Shown here: one piece after another, positions 17,991 to 26,807 of the stretch
How the letters are laid out: each line of letters starts with the position of its first letter
Numbering within the stretch: the first letter of the stretch is position 1
Source: an uncultured Candidatus Saccharibacteria bacterium
GTDB taxonomy: Bacteria > Patescibacteriota > Minisyncoccia > Phycocordibacterales > DATDWN01
DNA length: 64,000 bases
Assembly (NCBI GenBank): GCA_964426735.1
Contig: CAYRRP010000003.1
Span: 77,378-141,377 of the forward strand
Direction: 5' to 3'
Made by a program: the position numbers and the translations under genes
The notes under the pieces: generated by a model
The model's database searches: none
Told to the model about the DNA's origin: nothing
What the model saw: the letters and a program-made list of their open reading frames with translations, nothing else

Positions 17991-19782
17991 TTACCAGTAT
18001 AACATCTTGTAACTTCCAACTACTGTTAACAATGAGTGGAATCGTCTGAGTTTCATAACCTGTTTTAGTCACCCGAAGACTATATGTACCATCTGAAAGA
18101 CCTGTAAACACCACTTGACCTGGTGGAGTACATGAAGCGGTAAATGTAAATGCAATATCAGAAATATTCGGTGAACGACTCGTATCATCTGTATGGAGGT
18201 AGAGTTTGTATCTTAAATAACGTTTACCACTCGCCGATGAATGTATCGTACGGTTTGCAGTTGTGAAGTAGGTTGCATTTGTACCATCTGGCCCTACATA
18301 ATCCCATGTACCACCATCATCGTTTGTTGCAATCTGAAAACGTACAGCATTTGCACCCGTACTTGTCGCCTGATCCATCGGAGACCATACGATTTCTTGA
18401 AAATTTGAAACTCCGCCAGTATCAAAAGAAGATGATGTCAATGTTCCATCTGTTTGATACTGTCCGAGAATATATTTTAATGTTAAATCACCTGCTGGAT
18501 TATTGATTTCTATATTTCCATCACTACTTAAATACTGTGACATATTTGTTGATGTTGCTTGTCCTCCACCTGATGACCAGTTTGTTTGTACTAAAGAACC
18601 TTTACCGGTCACACGTGTTGCCAACACAGCACCACCAGAAGAAAGGAGTTCAACTGTAGCATCAGCAAGTGGTAGTGATGAAGCACTATCACGTACAGCC
18701 ACCAGTACTGTCTCTGGATCTTTTGGTGCAACAACAAGATCTACTTGTTGTGATGCGTCAGGGGAAAGCAAAAAAGAAATGAGAGGGTTTGCTCCAATCA
18801 AATCATACGTTCCTGATGTCATGGCGAGTGCGTAAGTATCCCACTCCATATTCGACAAAGAGACAGAACCTGAACCACCTGTTGAGTGACTCTGATCATA
18901 TTTAAGAATCACAGGGTTTGTTCCAATTGTTTTTGTGCCTGTTAAGGTGATTGGTATATTGGTTACTGTTGTACAGTTTGATGCGAAACTATTTACAGAT
19001 AATGTACTCAACTCATCAATAATAAAACTCTGCGCTGTTACTTGTTGCAACACCACGGTTGCATGAGGTTTGGTTGGGTTTGGGTTTGCAACCGTAATCG
19101 GATAGGTGCGTTCAGTAGAATACCCTGATTTAGTAACGGTAATTTCATATGCATTAATACCTGGAGGAGCGTCCACGATAGCGAGCAATCCATCATTATT
19201 GGTCACGTCATCAATCGAGATCGTACTTGTGGCACTATTGTTCTCTATATGCACACTTGCTTGTGGTACAGGATTGCCGTTTGCATCAAACACACGAATA
19301 AACAATGCTCCATTTGTTGATGCAGTTTCAAGACTTTTAGGAGCAACTCGTGATGTTACACTCACGGGTTTAAAATTACGACACAATACACATCCGATTT
19401 CTATTTCAACAACCTTAGAATCTGCGGGCGAAAGGTCATTTGGACTACCGCCAAGCGTTCCATCAAATGGATCATCAAAATTTCGTACTGTAGTCGTGGC
19501 GATAAATGTCGTCCCGTCTCGAACCAACGTCTGCACATGAGTCAACAAACCATCCGGAATACCTCCATCAATACCCACACTTGCATACGGAAGATTTTTT
19601 ACAATTTCCAACTGTTCGTTTGCCAAGTCGATAGCAGCAATCTTTTGTCGTGACACAGATACTGCTTGGTAAATAGAAGTATATGCATTGTATACACCAA
19701 CAATAATAATGGTAAACACAGAAACCCCCACCAGAAGCTCTATAAGCGTAAAACCTTTTTTATTTTTGATGTAATTTTGCAT
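17983..19782 (-). CDS. large type IV (pseudo)pilin with a prepilin N-terminus and a ~560-aa beta-rich C-terminal domain
   Basis: N-terminus KKGFTLIELLVGVSVFTIII is the classic class-III signal. The C-terminal domain is Thr/Ser/Gly-rich. Confidence 0.8.
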   Translation of the reverse strand: MQNYIKNKKGFTLIELLVGVSVFTIIIVGVYNAYTSIYQAVSVSRQKIAAIDLANEQLEIVKNLPYASVGIDGGIPDGLLTHVQTLVRDGTTFIATTTVRNFDDPFDGTLGGSPNDLSPADSKVVEIEIGCVLCRNFKPVSVTSRVAPKSLETASTNGALFIRVFDANGNPVPQASVHIENNSATSTISIDDVTNNDGLLAIVDAPPGINAYEITVTKSGYSTERTYPITVANPNPTKPHATVVLQQVTAQSFIIDELSTLSVNSFASNCTTVTNIPITLTGTKTIGTNPVILKYDQSHSTGGSGSVSLSNMEWDTYALAMTSGTYDLIGANPLISFLLSPDASQQVDLVVAPKDPETVLVAVRDSASSLPLADATVELLSSGGAVLATRVTGKGSLVQTNWSSGGGQATSTNMSQYLSSDGNIEINNPAGDLTLKYILGQYQTDGTLTSSSFDTGGVSNFQEIVWSPMDQATSTGANAVRFQIATNDDGGTWDYVGPDGTNATYFTTANRTIHSSASGKRYLRYKLYLHTDDTSRSPNISDIAFTFTASCTPPGQVVFTGLSDGTYSLRVTKTGYETQTIPLIVNSSWKLQDVILVSE

Positions 19783-19808
19783 TTTTATCTTCTCGAATAA
19801 TTACGAAC

Positions 19809-19921
19809 CAATAAAATTGCTTTAGGTGCGCGGCGCAAGAAGGTTTTGGAGCGAGCCTTACTTGTCGTAAGGCAAGTGGCAAAACTTGAATTGCAACAAA
19901 GCAGATGAAGTGATTTTATTG
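19809..19921. repeat. copy A of the conserved ~110-nt intergenic structured-element family
   Basis: Outer stem CAATAAAAT / ATTTTATTG. Inner stem GGTTTTG / CAAAACT. Central hairpin CCTTAC-ttgtc-GTAAGG. 3' consensus …GCAACAAAGCAGATGAAGTGATTTTA. Confidence 0.7.
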
Positions 19922-19930
19922 TGTTCGCGG

Positions 19931-21145
19931 TTAGATTGCATCAGCAAGACTATACGTAGGAGCAAGCATTGAAATAGCAAATATTCCCACCGCTGCACCG
20001 ATCACAATCATAAGCACAGGTTCAATCACAGAAGACATGTCTTTTGTCTTCTGATCTACTTCATCCTCATAAAACTGAGCTACTCCAACCAACATATCCC
20101 CTATTTTTCCTGTTTCCTCACCTACCGAAACCATTTCTCCTACGAAAATAGGGTAAAGATCTTCATGTTTTAAAAAGATTGCAGACATTAATTCTCCTTT
20201 CTGAATCACCTGCTCAATATTATCAAGCACAGCTTTATAATAGGTATTTTGAATAACCTCTTTTGTGACAGAAATAGCGACCACAATATCCACACCTGAG
20301 CTAATAAGTGACGAGAGTGTACGTGCGGTACGTGCCGAATTAACTTGTTTTACAATATCTCCAATCACGGGAGTATGTAATGCAACATAATCAGATAATC
20401 GTTTTCCTTTTGTTGTTCTTAATCCATAATATACACCTGCACACAAAGCAATTACTCCACCAATCATCACGAGAAAATAGTCTTTCATGATATCACTGAT
20501 ACCAATAATGATTCGTGTAGACAACGGGAGCTTAATACCGAGACCTTTAAACGTTTCTGTGAGTGTTGGAACCATGTATACCATCATCAATACACCGATC
20601 ACCGCCATCAGAGAAAAAATAACTGCAGGATACATCATTGCTCCTTTGATTTTCTTATTCAACTGATATGTCTTTTCCATCTGGTTTGAAATATTCTTGA
20701 GTGCAAGAATAAGGTTTCCAGATTCTTCACCTGCACGCACCATTGAAATAAACAAGGTTGAAAATACCTCTGGATAGGCCTTCATTGCTTCAGAGAGAGT
20801 AACACCTTTACTGATTTCTTCTTCAAGAGAGGTGAGGATTTTTTTAAACTGACCTTTTGACTGCCTGCCCATAATAGATATTGCTCGAGTAATCGGAAGT
20901 CCTGCCTCAATCATAGAAGAAAGATTTCGTGCAAACACGATCTTGTCATGAGTTTTTACTTTTCCTGAAAATGGCATCGAAAAAGATCCTGAGAAAAACT
21001 TTTGAGTATGTACTTCGGATGACGAAAGCACCTGTCCCCCTTCTTTTTTTATATCTCTATATAAAGAAAATTTATCGGGAGCTTCTTTTACTCCTTCATA
21101 TTCTTTACCTTCTGCATCAATTGCTTTGTATTTATATTGTGACAT
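19931..21145 (-). CDS. pilC: type IV pilus assembly inner-membrane platform protein PilC (GspF family)
   Basis: 404 aa with duplicated T2SSF domains and three TM regions. Confidence 0.9.
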   Translation of the reverse strand: MSQYKYKAIDAEGKEYEGVKEAPDKFSLYRDIKKEGGQVLSSSEVHTQKFFSGSFSMPFSGKVKTHDKIVFARNLSSMIEAGLPITRAISIMGRQSKGQFKKILTSLEEEISKGVTLSEAMKAYPEVFSTLFISMVRAGEESGNLILALKNISNQMEKTYQLNKKIKGAMMYPAVIFSLMAVIGVLMMVYMVPTLTETFKGLGIKLPLSTRIIIGISDIMKDYFLVMIGGVIALCAGVYYGLRTTKGKRLSDYVALHTPVIGDIVKQVNSARTARTLSSLISSGVDIVVAISVTKEVIQNTYYKAVLDNIEQVIQKGELMSAIFLKHEDLYPIFVGEMVSVGEETGKIGDMLVGVAQFYEDEVDQKTKDMSSVIEPVLMIVIGAAVGIFAISMLAPTYSLADAI

Positions 21146-21188
21146 ATATATTAAAACTGATGATTTACAAATTTGTAAATCATATTAT

Positions 21189-22940
21189 TTATTCTGAAAT
21201 TACACGAAGCACCTCTTCTATTGTAGTTGTACCTTGTACAGCCTGAAAAATACCATCTTCAATCATAGTGAGCATACCTTCTTTTTCTGCCTGTTTTTGT
21301 ATTTCATCTGCAGTTCCACCTTTCATAATAATTTCCTTAATCGCTGGTGATACTTTTAATATTTCATGGATACCTGCTCGTCCACCATATCCATCAGCAT
21401 CAGCAGTACCCTTCTTTGGTCTAAAGAATGGTATTTTTTCCCAATTATCACTTTTGCCAATTATTTTTTCAGCACGAAGTGCCTCGGCGATTTTATCAAG
21501 ATTTACCGACTTACCAAGAGTGTCGACTTCAGACTTTGTAAGAAAATATTTTTCTTTTGATTCTTCAGTTAACCGTCGCACCAAACGCTGCGCAATAATA
21601 ATATTGATAGTCGACACAAGCAAAAATGGCTCAACTTTCATATCGATAAGACGAGGAATAGCTCCTGCAGCACTGTTGGTGTGCAAGGTTGAGAGCACCA
21701 CGTGTCCTGTCAGTGATGCATTGATTGCTAGAGACGCTGTTTCATTATCTCGAATCTCTCCCACCATAATAATATCCGGGTCTTGTCGTACAAGTGTTCG
21801 AAGTCCTGAAGAAAACGTAAACCCTATTTCTGGACGAACCTGTGTCTGATTAATACGTTTCATCTGATATTCCACCGGGTCCTCGATAGTTGAGATGTTT
21901 ACATCAGGAGTATTGAGCATATCGAGAATAGTATAGAGAGTTGTAGTTTTACCAGATCCTGTAGGACCTGTAGTCAAAATCATTCCTGTTGTTGATTTGA
22001 TTGCTTTATGAATACGCTCAAGACCTTCTCCATGAAAATGAAGTTTCTCGAGAGTAAAGCCTGATACGGTTTCTCGAAGTAAACGCATTACGGTCTTTTC
22101 TCCATAATATGTCGGGAGTGTTGAGACACGAAAAGATACTTTCTCACCGTTCATATCAATCTTAAAACGACCATCTTGAGGAAGACGCTTTTCATCGAGC
22201 TTGAGACTTGCGAGCACTTTTATACGAGCACTAATAGACGGCGCAACATTTTTAGGTAGCACCATCGCATCATGAAGCAGACCATCAATACGGTATCGTA
22301 CCAAAAGCTCTGTTTCCATCGGCTCAATATGAATATCGGATGCATCTTGCAAGATTGCATGTTTCAAAAGCGTATCAACAATACGCACCACTGGCACATC
22401 ATCTGCCAATTTTTTCAAATCACTTTCTGAAACATCTTCCTCTAAATCCTCAACTTTTTTAAGAGAAAGGGCGTCCTTTTGAATCAGATCACCAAACTCA
22501 GCCTTCAAACTTTTTTGATACTGCAACAGTGCTGATTTCATTGATTCCCCATCAGTAAGACGTGGAAGAATTTTAAGACCTACCTTCTTTTTAACGAAAT
22601 CAATAGCTGTCAAATCTTCAGTATCAAGCATCGCTACCTCAAGTGCAGTGTCTGTTTTTTTGAATGCAACAATATTATGGTTGCGTGCGATAGGTTCTGG
22701 GATCAATGAGAGGACTTCAAAATCAAGTTTTTCACCCTTCAAGTCAACAAAGGGGATACCGAGAATATATGCTTGCATTCGACGAAGGTCATCTTCCGTT
22801 AGTTTACCTTTACTCACCAATATCTTCCCCAACCCTTCACCTGATTCTTCACCTTCTTTGGCCGCAGCAGTAACCTCAGCACGAGATACAAGACCTGAGT
22901 CAATAATGAAATCTTTAAGTTGTGTTTCTTCAATGTGCAT
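21189..22940 (-). CDS. pilB: type IV pilus assembly ATPase PilB (GspE family)
   Basis: Walker A TTGPTGSGKTTTLY, Asp/His boxes, and an N-terminal GSPII_E N domain. Confidence 0.95.
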   Translation of the reverse strand: MHIEETQLKDFIIDSGLVSRAEVTAAAKEGEESGEGLGKILVSKGKLTEDDLRRMQAYILGIPFVDLKGEKLDFEVLSLIPEPIARNHNIVAFKKTDTALEVAMLDTEDLTAIDFVKKKVGLKILPRLTDGESMKSALLQYQKSLKAEFGDLIQKDALSLKKVEDLEEDVSESDLKKLADDVPVVRIVDTLLKHAILQDASDIHIEPMETELLVRYRIDGLLHDAMVLPKNVAPSISARIKVLASLKLDEKRLPQDGRFKIDMNGEKVSFRVSTLPTYYGEKTVMRLLRETVSGFTLEKLHFHGEGLERIHKAIKSTTGMILTTGPTGSGKTTTLYTILDMLNTPDVNISTIEDPVEYQMKRINQTQVRPEIGFTFSSGLRTLVRQDPDIIMVGEIRDNETASLAINASLTGHVVLSTLHTNSAAGAIPRLIDMKVEPFLLVSTINIIIAQRLVRRLTEESKEKYFLTKSEVDTLGKSVNLDKIAEALRAEKIIGKSDNWEKIPFFRPKKGTADADGYGGRAGIHEILKVSPAIKEIIMKGGTADEIQKQAEKEGMLTMIEDGIFQAVQGTTTIEEVLRVISE

Positions 22941-22990
22941 AGGAAAGTAAAAAGTCCATAAAGTTGAAAGTCCTTAAAGTCGGAACTCAA
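22941..22990 (-). promoter_or_regulatory. pilB upstream region carrying phased GACTTT direct repeats
   Basis: The minus-strand reading is ccGACTTTaagGACTTTcaACTTTatgGACTTTTTACTTTcctATG, with repeats spaced 8-11 nt. It is the same repeat flavour as the dksA-like and comM promoter modules. Confidence 0.45.
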
Positions 22991-23057
22991 ACTTTGAATT
23001 ACATTTAGTATATCAAAAAAGTAGTTTTCTCTAGTGTAAAAATGTGTACAAGAAAAG

Positions 23058-23090
23058 CCGGCCTAACATCATTAAACCGGCTTTCAGATC
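23058..23090 (-). terminator. intrinsic terminator for the small membrane protein gene
   Basis: Stem AAGCCGG/CCGGCTT with a U-run on the minus strand. Confidence 0.5.
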
Positions 23091-23091
23091 T

Positions 23092-23382
23092 TCACCCCCA
23101 TCCAAATCCTTTGTGATTCATTAACCACAAACCTACCCCTAGAAAAATTAGCCCATCCAAGCATTTAAACCCAGTTGGCACATCAAGACCAAGTCGGTAT
23201 GCGGTCGCGGTTAGCCAAAGACAGGTGGCCACTTGGAATCCAACTTGCTGGTCGACAAAGTACACACAGACTATGGCAACCGCGGACAATAGAGCGCAGA
23301 GCTTTTCCTTCACATCTGCACCTTCTCTAAAGAAAAACCAACCCTGTAAAAACAAGGTAAAAAGCAGAACAATCTCAAGCAT
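23092..23382 (-). CDS. small integral membrane hypothetical protein (96 aa)
   Basis: Three predicted TM helices and no recognised domain. Confidence 0.45.
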   Translation of the reverse strand: MLEIVLLFTLFLQGWFFFREGADVKEKLCALLSAVAIVCVYFVDQQVGFQVATCLWLTATAYRLGLDVPTGFKCLDGLIFLGVGLWLMNHKGFGWG

Positions 23383-23426
23383 CGTAAGAACTCCTTCCTT
23401 ATATAACTATACATAATTAGGTTGAT

Positions 23427-23455
23427 TTGACAATTTTTACCACTACTGTATTATA
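23427..23455 (+). promoter_or_regulatory. sigma70-like promoter TTGACA-17-(TGt)ATTATA upstream of nusA
   Basis: A consensus -35, a 17-nt spacer, and an extended -10. Confidence 0.5.
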
Positions 23456-23473
23456 TATGTATCTGACAAGTCC

Positions 23474-23498
23474 GCCCGAAAGGCGGGCACGTTTTTTT
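23474..23498 (+). terminator. promoter-proximal hairpin GCCCG-aaagg-CGGGC plus T7 (possible attenuator in the nusA leader)
   Basis: A 5-bp GC stem with 7 U lies about 12 nt after the predicted TSS, and about 160 nt of leader remain before the nusA ATG. Confidence 0.4.
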
Positions 23499-23658
23499 AA
23501 AAAATTATCAACATTCCAATTAATCACAAGCGGTTCAGATACGCCAGATTTCGAGGCAAAATTTGAAAAATCGAGGAGTCATACTTAATAGTACAGTGAC
23601 GAGCATTTTTTAAATTTTAACAAAGAAAGCTGGCAGTATATGAGACGCGTAACATATT

Positions 23659-24870
23659 ATGTTTGATTTAAAAGTAATCCATTCAGTTTTAACACAACTC
23701 GAAGAAGAGCGAGGTATTCCTCAAGCAAAAATTATTGAGGCTATTGAGCTCGCACTCGCAACTGCATATAAAAAAGAATATGGCAAAAAAGGCCAGATTG
23801 TTCGCGCTAAATTTGATATAAACTCAGGTGCAGTTGAAATGTACCAAGTTAAAATCGTTGTTGATGAGTCAACAGTCGTTATGGAGCTTGCAGACGATGC
23901 TGATCTCCCAGAAGGCATGGAGCTCTACAACCCAGAACACCACATGTTACTCGCCGATGCCAAACTCATCAAAAAGGATGCGGTACTCGGTGAAGAAATA
24001 GTCTTTCCACTCGAAGATAAGGCTGATTATAGCCGTATCGCAGCACAAACCGCAAAACAGGTAATCATGCAGAAAATCCGTGAAGCAGAAAAAGTGTCTG
24101 TACTTGGTGAATACGGTAAACGAGAAGGTGAGATTGTCACTGGTACTGTACAACGTATTGAACGAGGAAATATCTTTGTCGACATGGGTCGTGCAACTGG
24201 TCTACTTTCATACGAAGAGCAAATCCCTGGAGAACGATATGGTCAAGGTGAACGTGTACGAGCATACATGTACAGAGTAGAAGACTCAGGAAAAGGTGTA
24301 TTTTTGCGACTTTCACGTTCACATCCAAAATTCCTCGAGAAACTCTTTGAAGCAGAAGCTCCAGAGCTTGCAACAGGTGCAGTCGTAGTAAAATCAATCG
24401 CACGTGAAGCAGGTTCACGAACCAAGATCGCTGTTGCTTCAACTGATGAACATATTGACCCTGTGGGTTCTATGGTAGGTCAGCGTGGAGTACGTGTGGC
24501 GACTGTAATGTCTGAGCTTGGTGGCGAAAAAATTGATATTATCGAATGGAATGCAGATGCGAAGAAATTTATCGAAGAAGCCCTCTCTCCTGCAAAAATC
24601 CTTTCGATTGAGATCAATGAAGCTGACAAGTCAGCTAAAGTAGCAGTATCTCCAGACCAACAGTCACTTGCTATCGGAAAAGGTGGACAAAATGTACGTT
24701 TGGCAGCAAAACTCACTGGTTGGAGAATCGACATCCAGTCAGATGGCTCTACAGAGCCATTAGTAAGCGCAAGTGCAGCTCCAGTAGAAGCAGTTGCTGA
24801 CTCAGATGAAGGTTTTGCAGATATCTCAAGCCTAAAAGCTGATGCTCAAGAGGCAGAGAAGCAAGATTAA
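23659..24870 (+). CDS. nusA: transcription termination/antitermination factor NusA
   Basis: 403 aa with NusA N-terminal, S1 and KH domains (…GERYGQGERVRAYMY…GSMVGQRGVRV…). Confidence 0.95.
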   Translation: MFDLKVIHSVLTQLEEERGIPQAKIIEAIELALATAYKKEYGKKGQIVRAKFDINSGAVEMYQVKIVVDESTVVMELADDADLPEGMELYNPEHHMLLADAKLIKKDAVLGEEIVFPLEDKADYSRIAAQTAKQVIMQKIREAEKVSVLGEYGKREGEIVTGTVQRIERGNIFVDMGRATGLLSYEEQIPGERYGQGERVRAYMYRVEDSGKGVFLRLSRSHPKFLEKLFEAEAPELATGAVVVKSIAREAGSRTKIAVASTDEHIDPVGSMVGQRGVRVATVMSELGGEKIDIIEWNADAKKFIEEALSPAKILSIEINEADKSAKVAVSPDQQSLAIGKGGQNVRLAAKLTGWRIDIQSDGSTEPLVSASAAPVEAVADSDEGFADISSLKADAQEAEKQD

Positions 24871-24892
24871 AGATTAAGGAATAACTCAAAAA

Positions 24893-24915
24893 ACCTCCCC
24901 TAAGGGAGGTTTTTG
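24893..24915 (+). terminator. intrinsic terminator CCTCCCC-taa-GGGAGG-TTTTT
   Basis: Hairpin plus U-run 23 nt after the nusA stop. Confidence 0.8.
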
Positions 24916-24973
24916 CATCAACTTATTTTTTCCTGTACTATTGACTATTATCTATTAACTAAAGACTACTCTC

Positions 24974-25483
24974 ATGAATTTAATCAAAGAAATCAGTGCG
25001 GGATCAGCCGAAGAGATGAATGTTATCGTCGAAATCCCTAAAGGCTCTAAAAATAAATACGAAATCGACAAAGAAACCGGTCTTATTGCCCTCGACCGAG
25101 TGATGCATACTTCTCAGGATATGCCCTTTGACTATGGTTTTGTACCTCAAACCCTCTGGGAAGACGGTGACCCGCTCGATGTAGTAATCCTCACTACATA
25201 CCCTCTCCATCCTGGTATTTTGGCTAAGGTTCGCCCTGTCGGTATGATGGATATGGTGGATGATGGTGAAAGTGATGTGAAAATCATCGCTGTACCAGTC
25301 AAAGACCCTCGTTTTTCTGAAATAAAAGACCTTTCTGACGTCAACAAACATACAATCAAGGAAATGGAGCACTACTTCACTACCTACAAGAAACTTCAGA
25401 ATAAAGAAGTTATAATCAAAGGTTTCGGCGACAAACAAGCAGCAATGGATGCATTCAACAAAGCGATCGCCGCATTCAAATAA
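24974..25483 (+). CDS. ppa: inorganic pyrophosphatase (family I)
   Basis: …YEIDKETG…DGDPLDVVIL… are family I PPase motifs. Confidence 0.9.
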   Translation: MNLIKEISAGSAEEMNVIVEIPKGSKNKYEIDKETGLIALDRVMHTSQDMPFDYGFVPQTLWEDGDPLDVVILTTYPLHPGILAKVRPVGMMDMVDDGESDVKIIAVPVKDPRFSEIKDLSDVNKHTIKEMEHYFTTYKKLQNKEVIIKGFGDKQAAMDAFNKAIAAFK

Positions 25484-25599
25484 TCACTTCATCACTAATC
25501 CCCAGAAAGACCTGTCTGTAAATATACAGCCAGGTCTTTTACTTATATAATATACAGATAGGTATATGTCGCATATATCTATCTAATCGTAATATACCA

Positions 25600-26361
25600 A
25601 TGAAAAAATACTTATATATATCAATCATAACCTGTGCTCTTGTCTGCGCACCATACGTGTACGCAGAAGATGGTACAACAGGAACAGCAGAAACCACTTC
25701 TGCTACCACACCGACAGGTGCACCAAAACCAAGACCACTCGCTCCTATACGAGAAGTTCGAAAAGAAATTCGAGAAGACCGTAAGGAAATGAATGAAGGG
25801 ATCAGAGAGGATAAAAAAGAGTTTAACGAACAAGTGCGTGAAGACAGAAAAGCACTTGCCTCAAGTACTGCCTCTACAACACCTGCAATGCGAAAAGAAT
25901 TTCGAGAAGGTGTAAAAGAAGATCGTAAAGAGCTTCGTGAAGAAAACAAAGATAAACGAGAAGAATTTCGTGAGGAAAACAAAGATAAACGAAAAAATGC
26001 TCGACTAGAAACTATGGTAACTATCGTAGTAAATCGTCTCAATGCAACAATTACTCGCCTTGAAAAACTTATTGAAAAGCTCGATATGCGTATCGCTAAG
26101 TTTAAAGAAAAAGGTGCTGATGTAACTACTGCAACAGCAGCTTCAACAGAAGCAAAAAATGCAATCGCAAATGCTAAAAGCAAAGTAAGTGGTATCACCG
26201 TACCGACAAGCTCAACTACCGCATCAAGTACTGCTGAAACAATCAAATCAACAGTTAAACTCGTGGAACAAGACCTCAAAATGGCTCGATCTGCTCTCGA
26301 AAAAGCATTAAAAAGTTTTAAAGGTTTAAGCTCTCAAGCAACAACCACACCAACTAATTAA
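25600..26361 (+). CDS. secreted low-complexity coiled-coil protein with R-E-D-R-K-E heptad-like repeats
   Basis: Signal peptide MKKYLYISIITCALVCAPYVYA, then repeated (K/R)E(I/F)REDRKE(M/L/F) units and a Thr/Ala-rich tail. Confidence 0.6.
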   Translation: MKKYLYISIITCALVCAPYVYAEDGTTGTAETTSATTPTGAPKPRPLAPIREVRKEIREDRKEMNEGIREDKKEFNEQVREDRKALASSTASTTPAMRKEFREGVKEDRKELREENKDKREEFREENKDKRKNARLETMVTIVVNRLNATITRLEKLIEKLDMRIAKFKEKGADVTTATAASTEAKNAIANAKSKVSGITVPTSSTTASSTAETIKSTVKLVEQDLKMARSALEKALKSFKGLSSQATTTPTN

Positions 26362-26369
26362 TAGTCTCT

Positions 26370-26693
26370 ATGGAAAACGAAACAACAAATCAATTTCAAG
26401 CACCACAAACACCTGCTGAACAGGCTCCGGTAACAATGGTGCCTGAAAAATCTTCAACTAGTGGTATCATCGGCACAATTATTATTATTGCCCTTATTAT
26501 CCTCGGTGGATTATATTTCTGGGGTAAACGTATCAGTACTCAACAAGAAACAGCATCCCTTATCAATCAAGAACAAGTTGCTGCTCAGGAAGCGGCGGCG
26601 ATCCAGGCGGTAAGTACAAGTGATGAGGTAGATACGCTTCAAGCAGAACTTGATGCAACCATCACCTCTGATCTTGGTGCCGAACTCGAATAG
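26370..26693 (+). CDS. small single-pass membrane protein (107 aa)
   Basis: Central TM segment GIIGTIIIIALIILGGLYFWG with acidic termini. Confidence 0.45.
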   Translation: MENETTNQFQAPQTPAEQAPVTMVPEKSSTSGIIGTIIIIALIILGGLYFWGKRISTQQETASLINQEQVAAQEAAAIQAVSTSDEVDTLQAELDATITSDLGAELE

Positions 26694-26721
26694 AGCACAA
26701 TCACTCTATAATACTTTTGTA

Positions 26722-26746
26722 AAAACCTCGTGTAACGAGGTTTTTA
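26722..26746 (+). terminator. intrinsic terminator AACCTCG-tgtaa-CGAGGTTTTT
   Basis: Hairpin plus U-run after the 26370..26693 gene. Confidence 0.75.
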
Positions 26747-26754
26747 CTTGCTTT

Positions 26755-26806
26755 ATTCGTAAAAATTCGTATCATTCGTATATTCGTTAATTCGTATATT
26801 TATAAC
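26755..26806 (+). promoter_or_regulatory. ATTCGTA heptamer array (5 copies) ending in the conserved TATTCGTATATTTAT box, tig promoter region
   Basis: ttATTCGTAaaaATTCGTAtcATTCGTAtATTCGTtaATTCGTATATTTATaactATG. The same module occurs upstream of 58441. Confidence 0.5.
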
Positions 26807-26807
26807 T

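Noticed and set aside
20929-21246. 105-aa + strand ORF overlapping the pilC start and pilB end
   Set aside because: It is antisense to two strongly supported genes, has low complexity (Leu/Ile/Tyr-rich), and has no similarity.
25539-26279. 246-aa ORF on the minus strand antisense to the secreted repeat protein
   Set aside because: It is a low-complexity Ser/Arg/Phe-rich reading of the opposite strand of the REDRKE repeat gene. The sense gene has a signal peptide and a coherent repeat structure.
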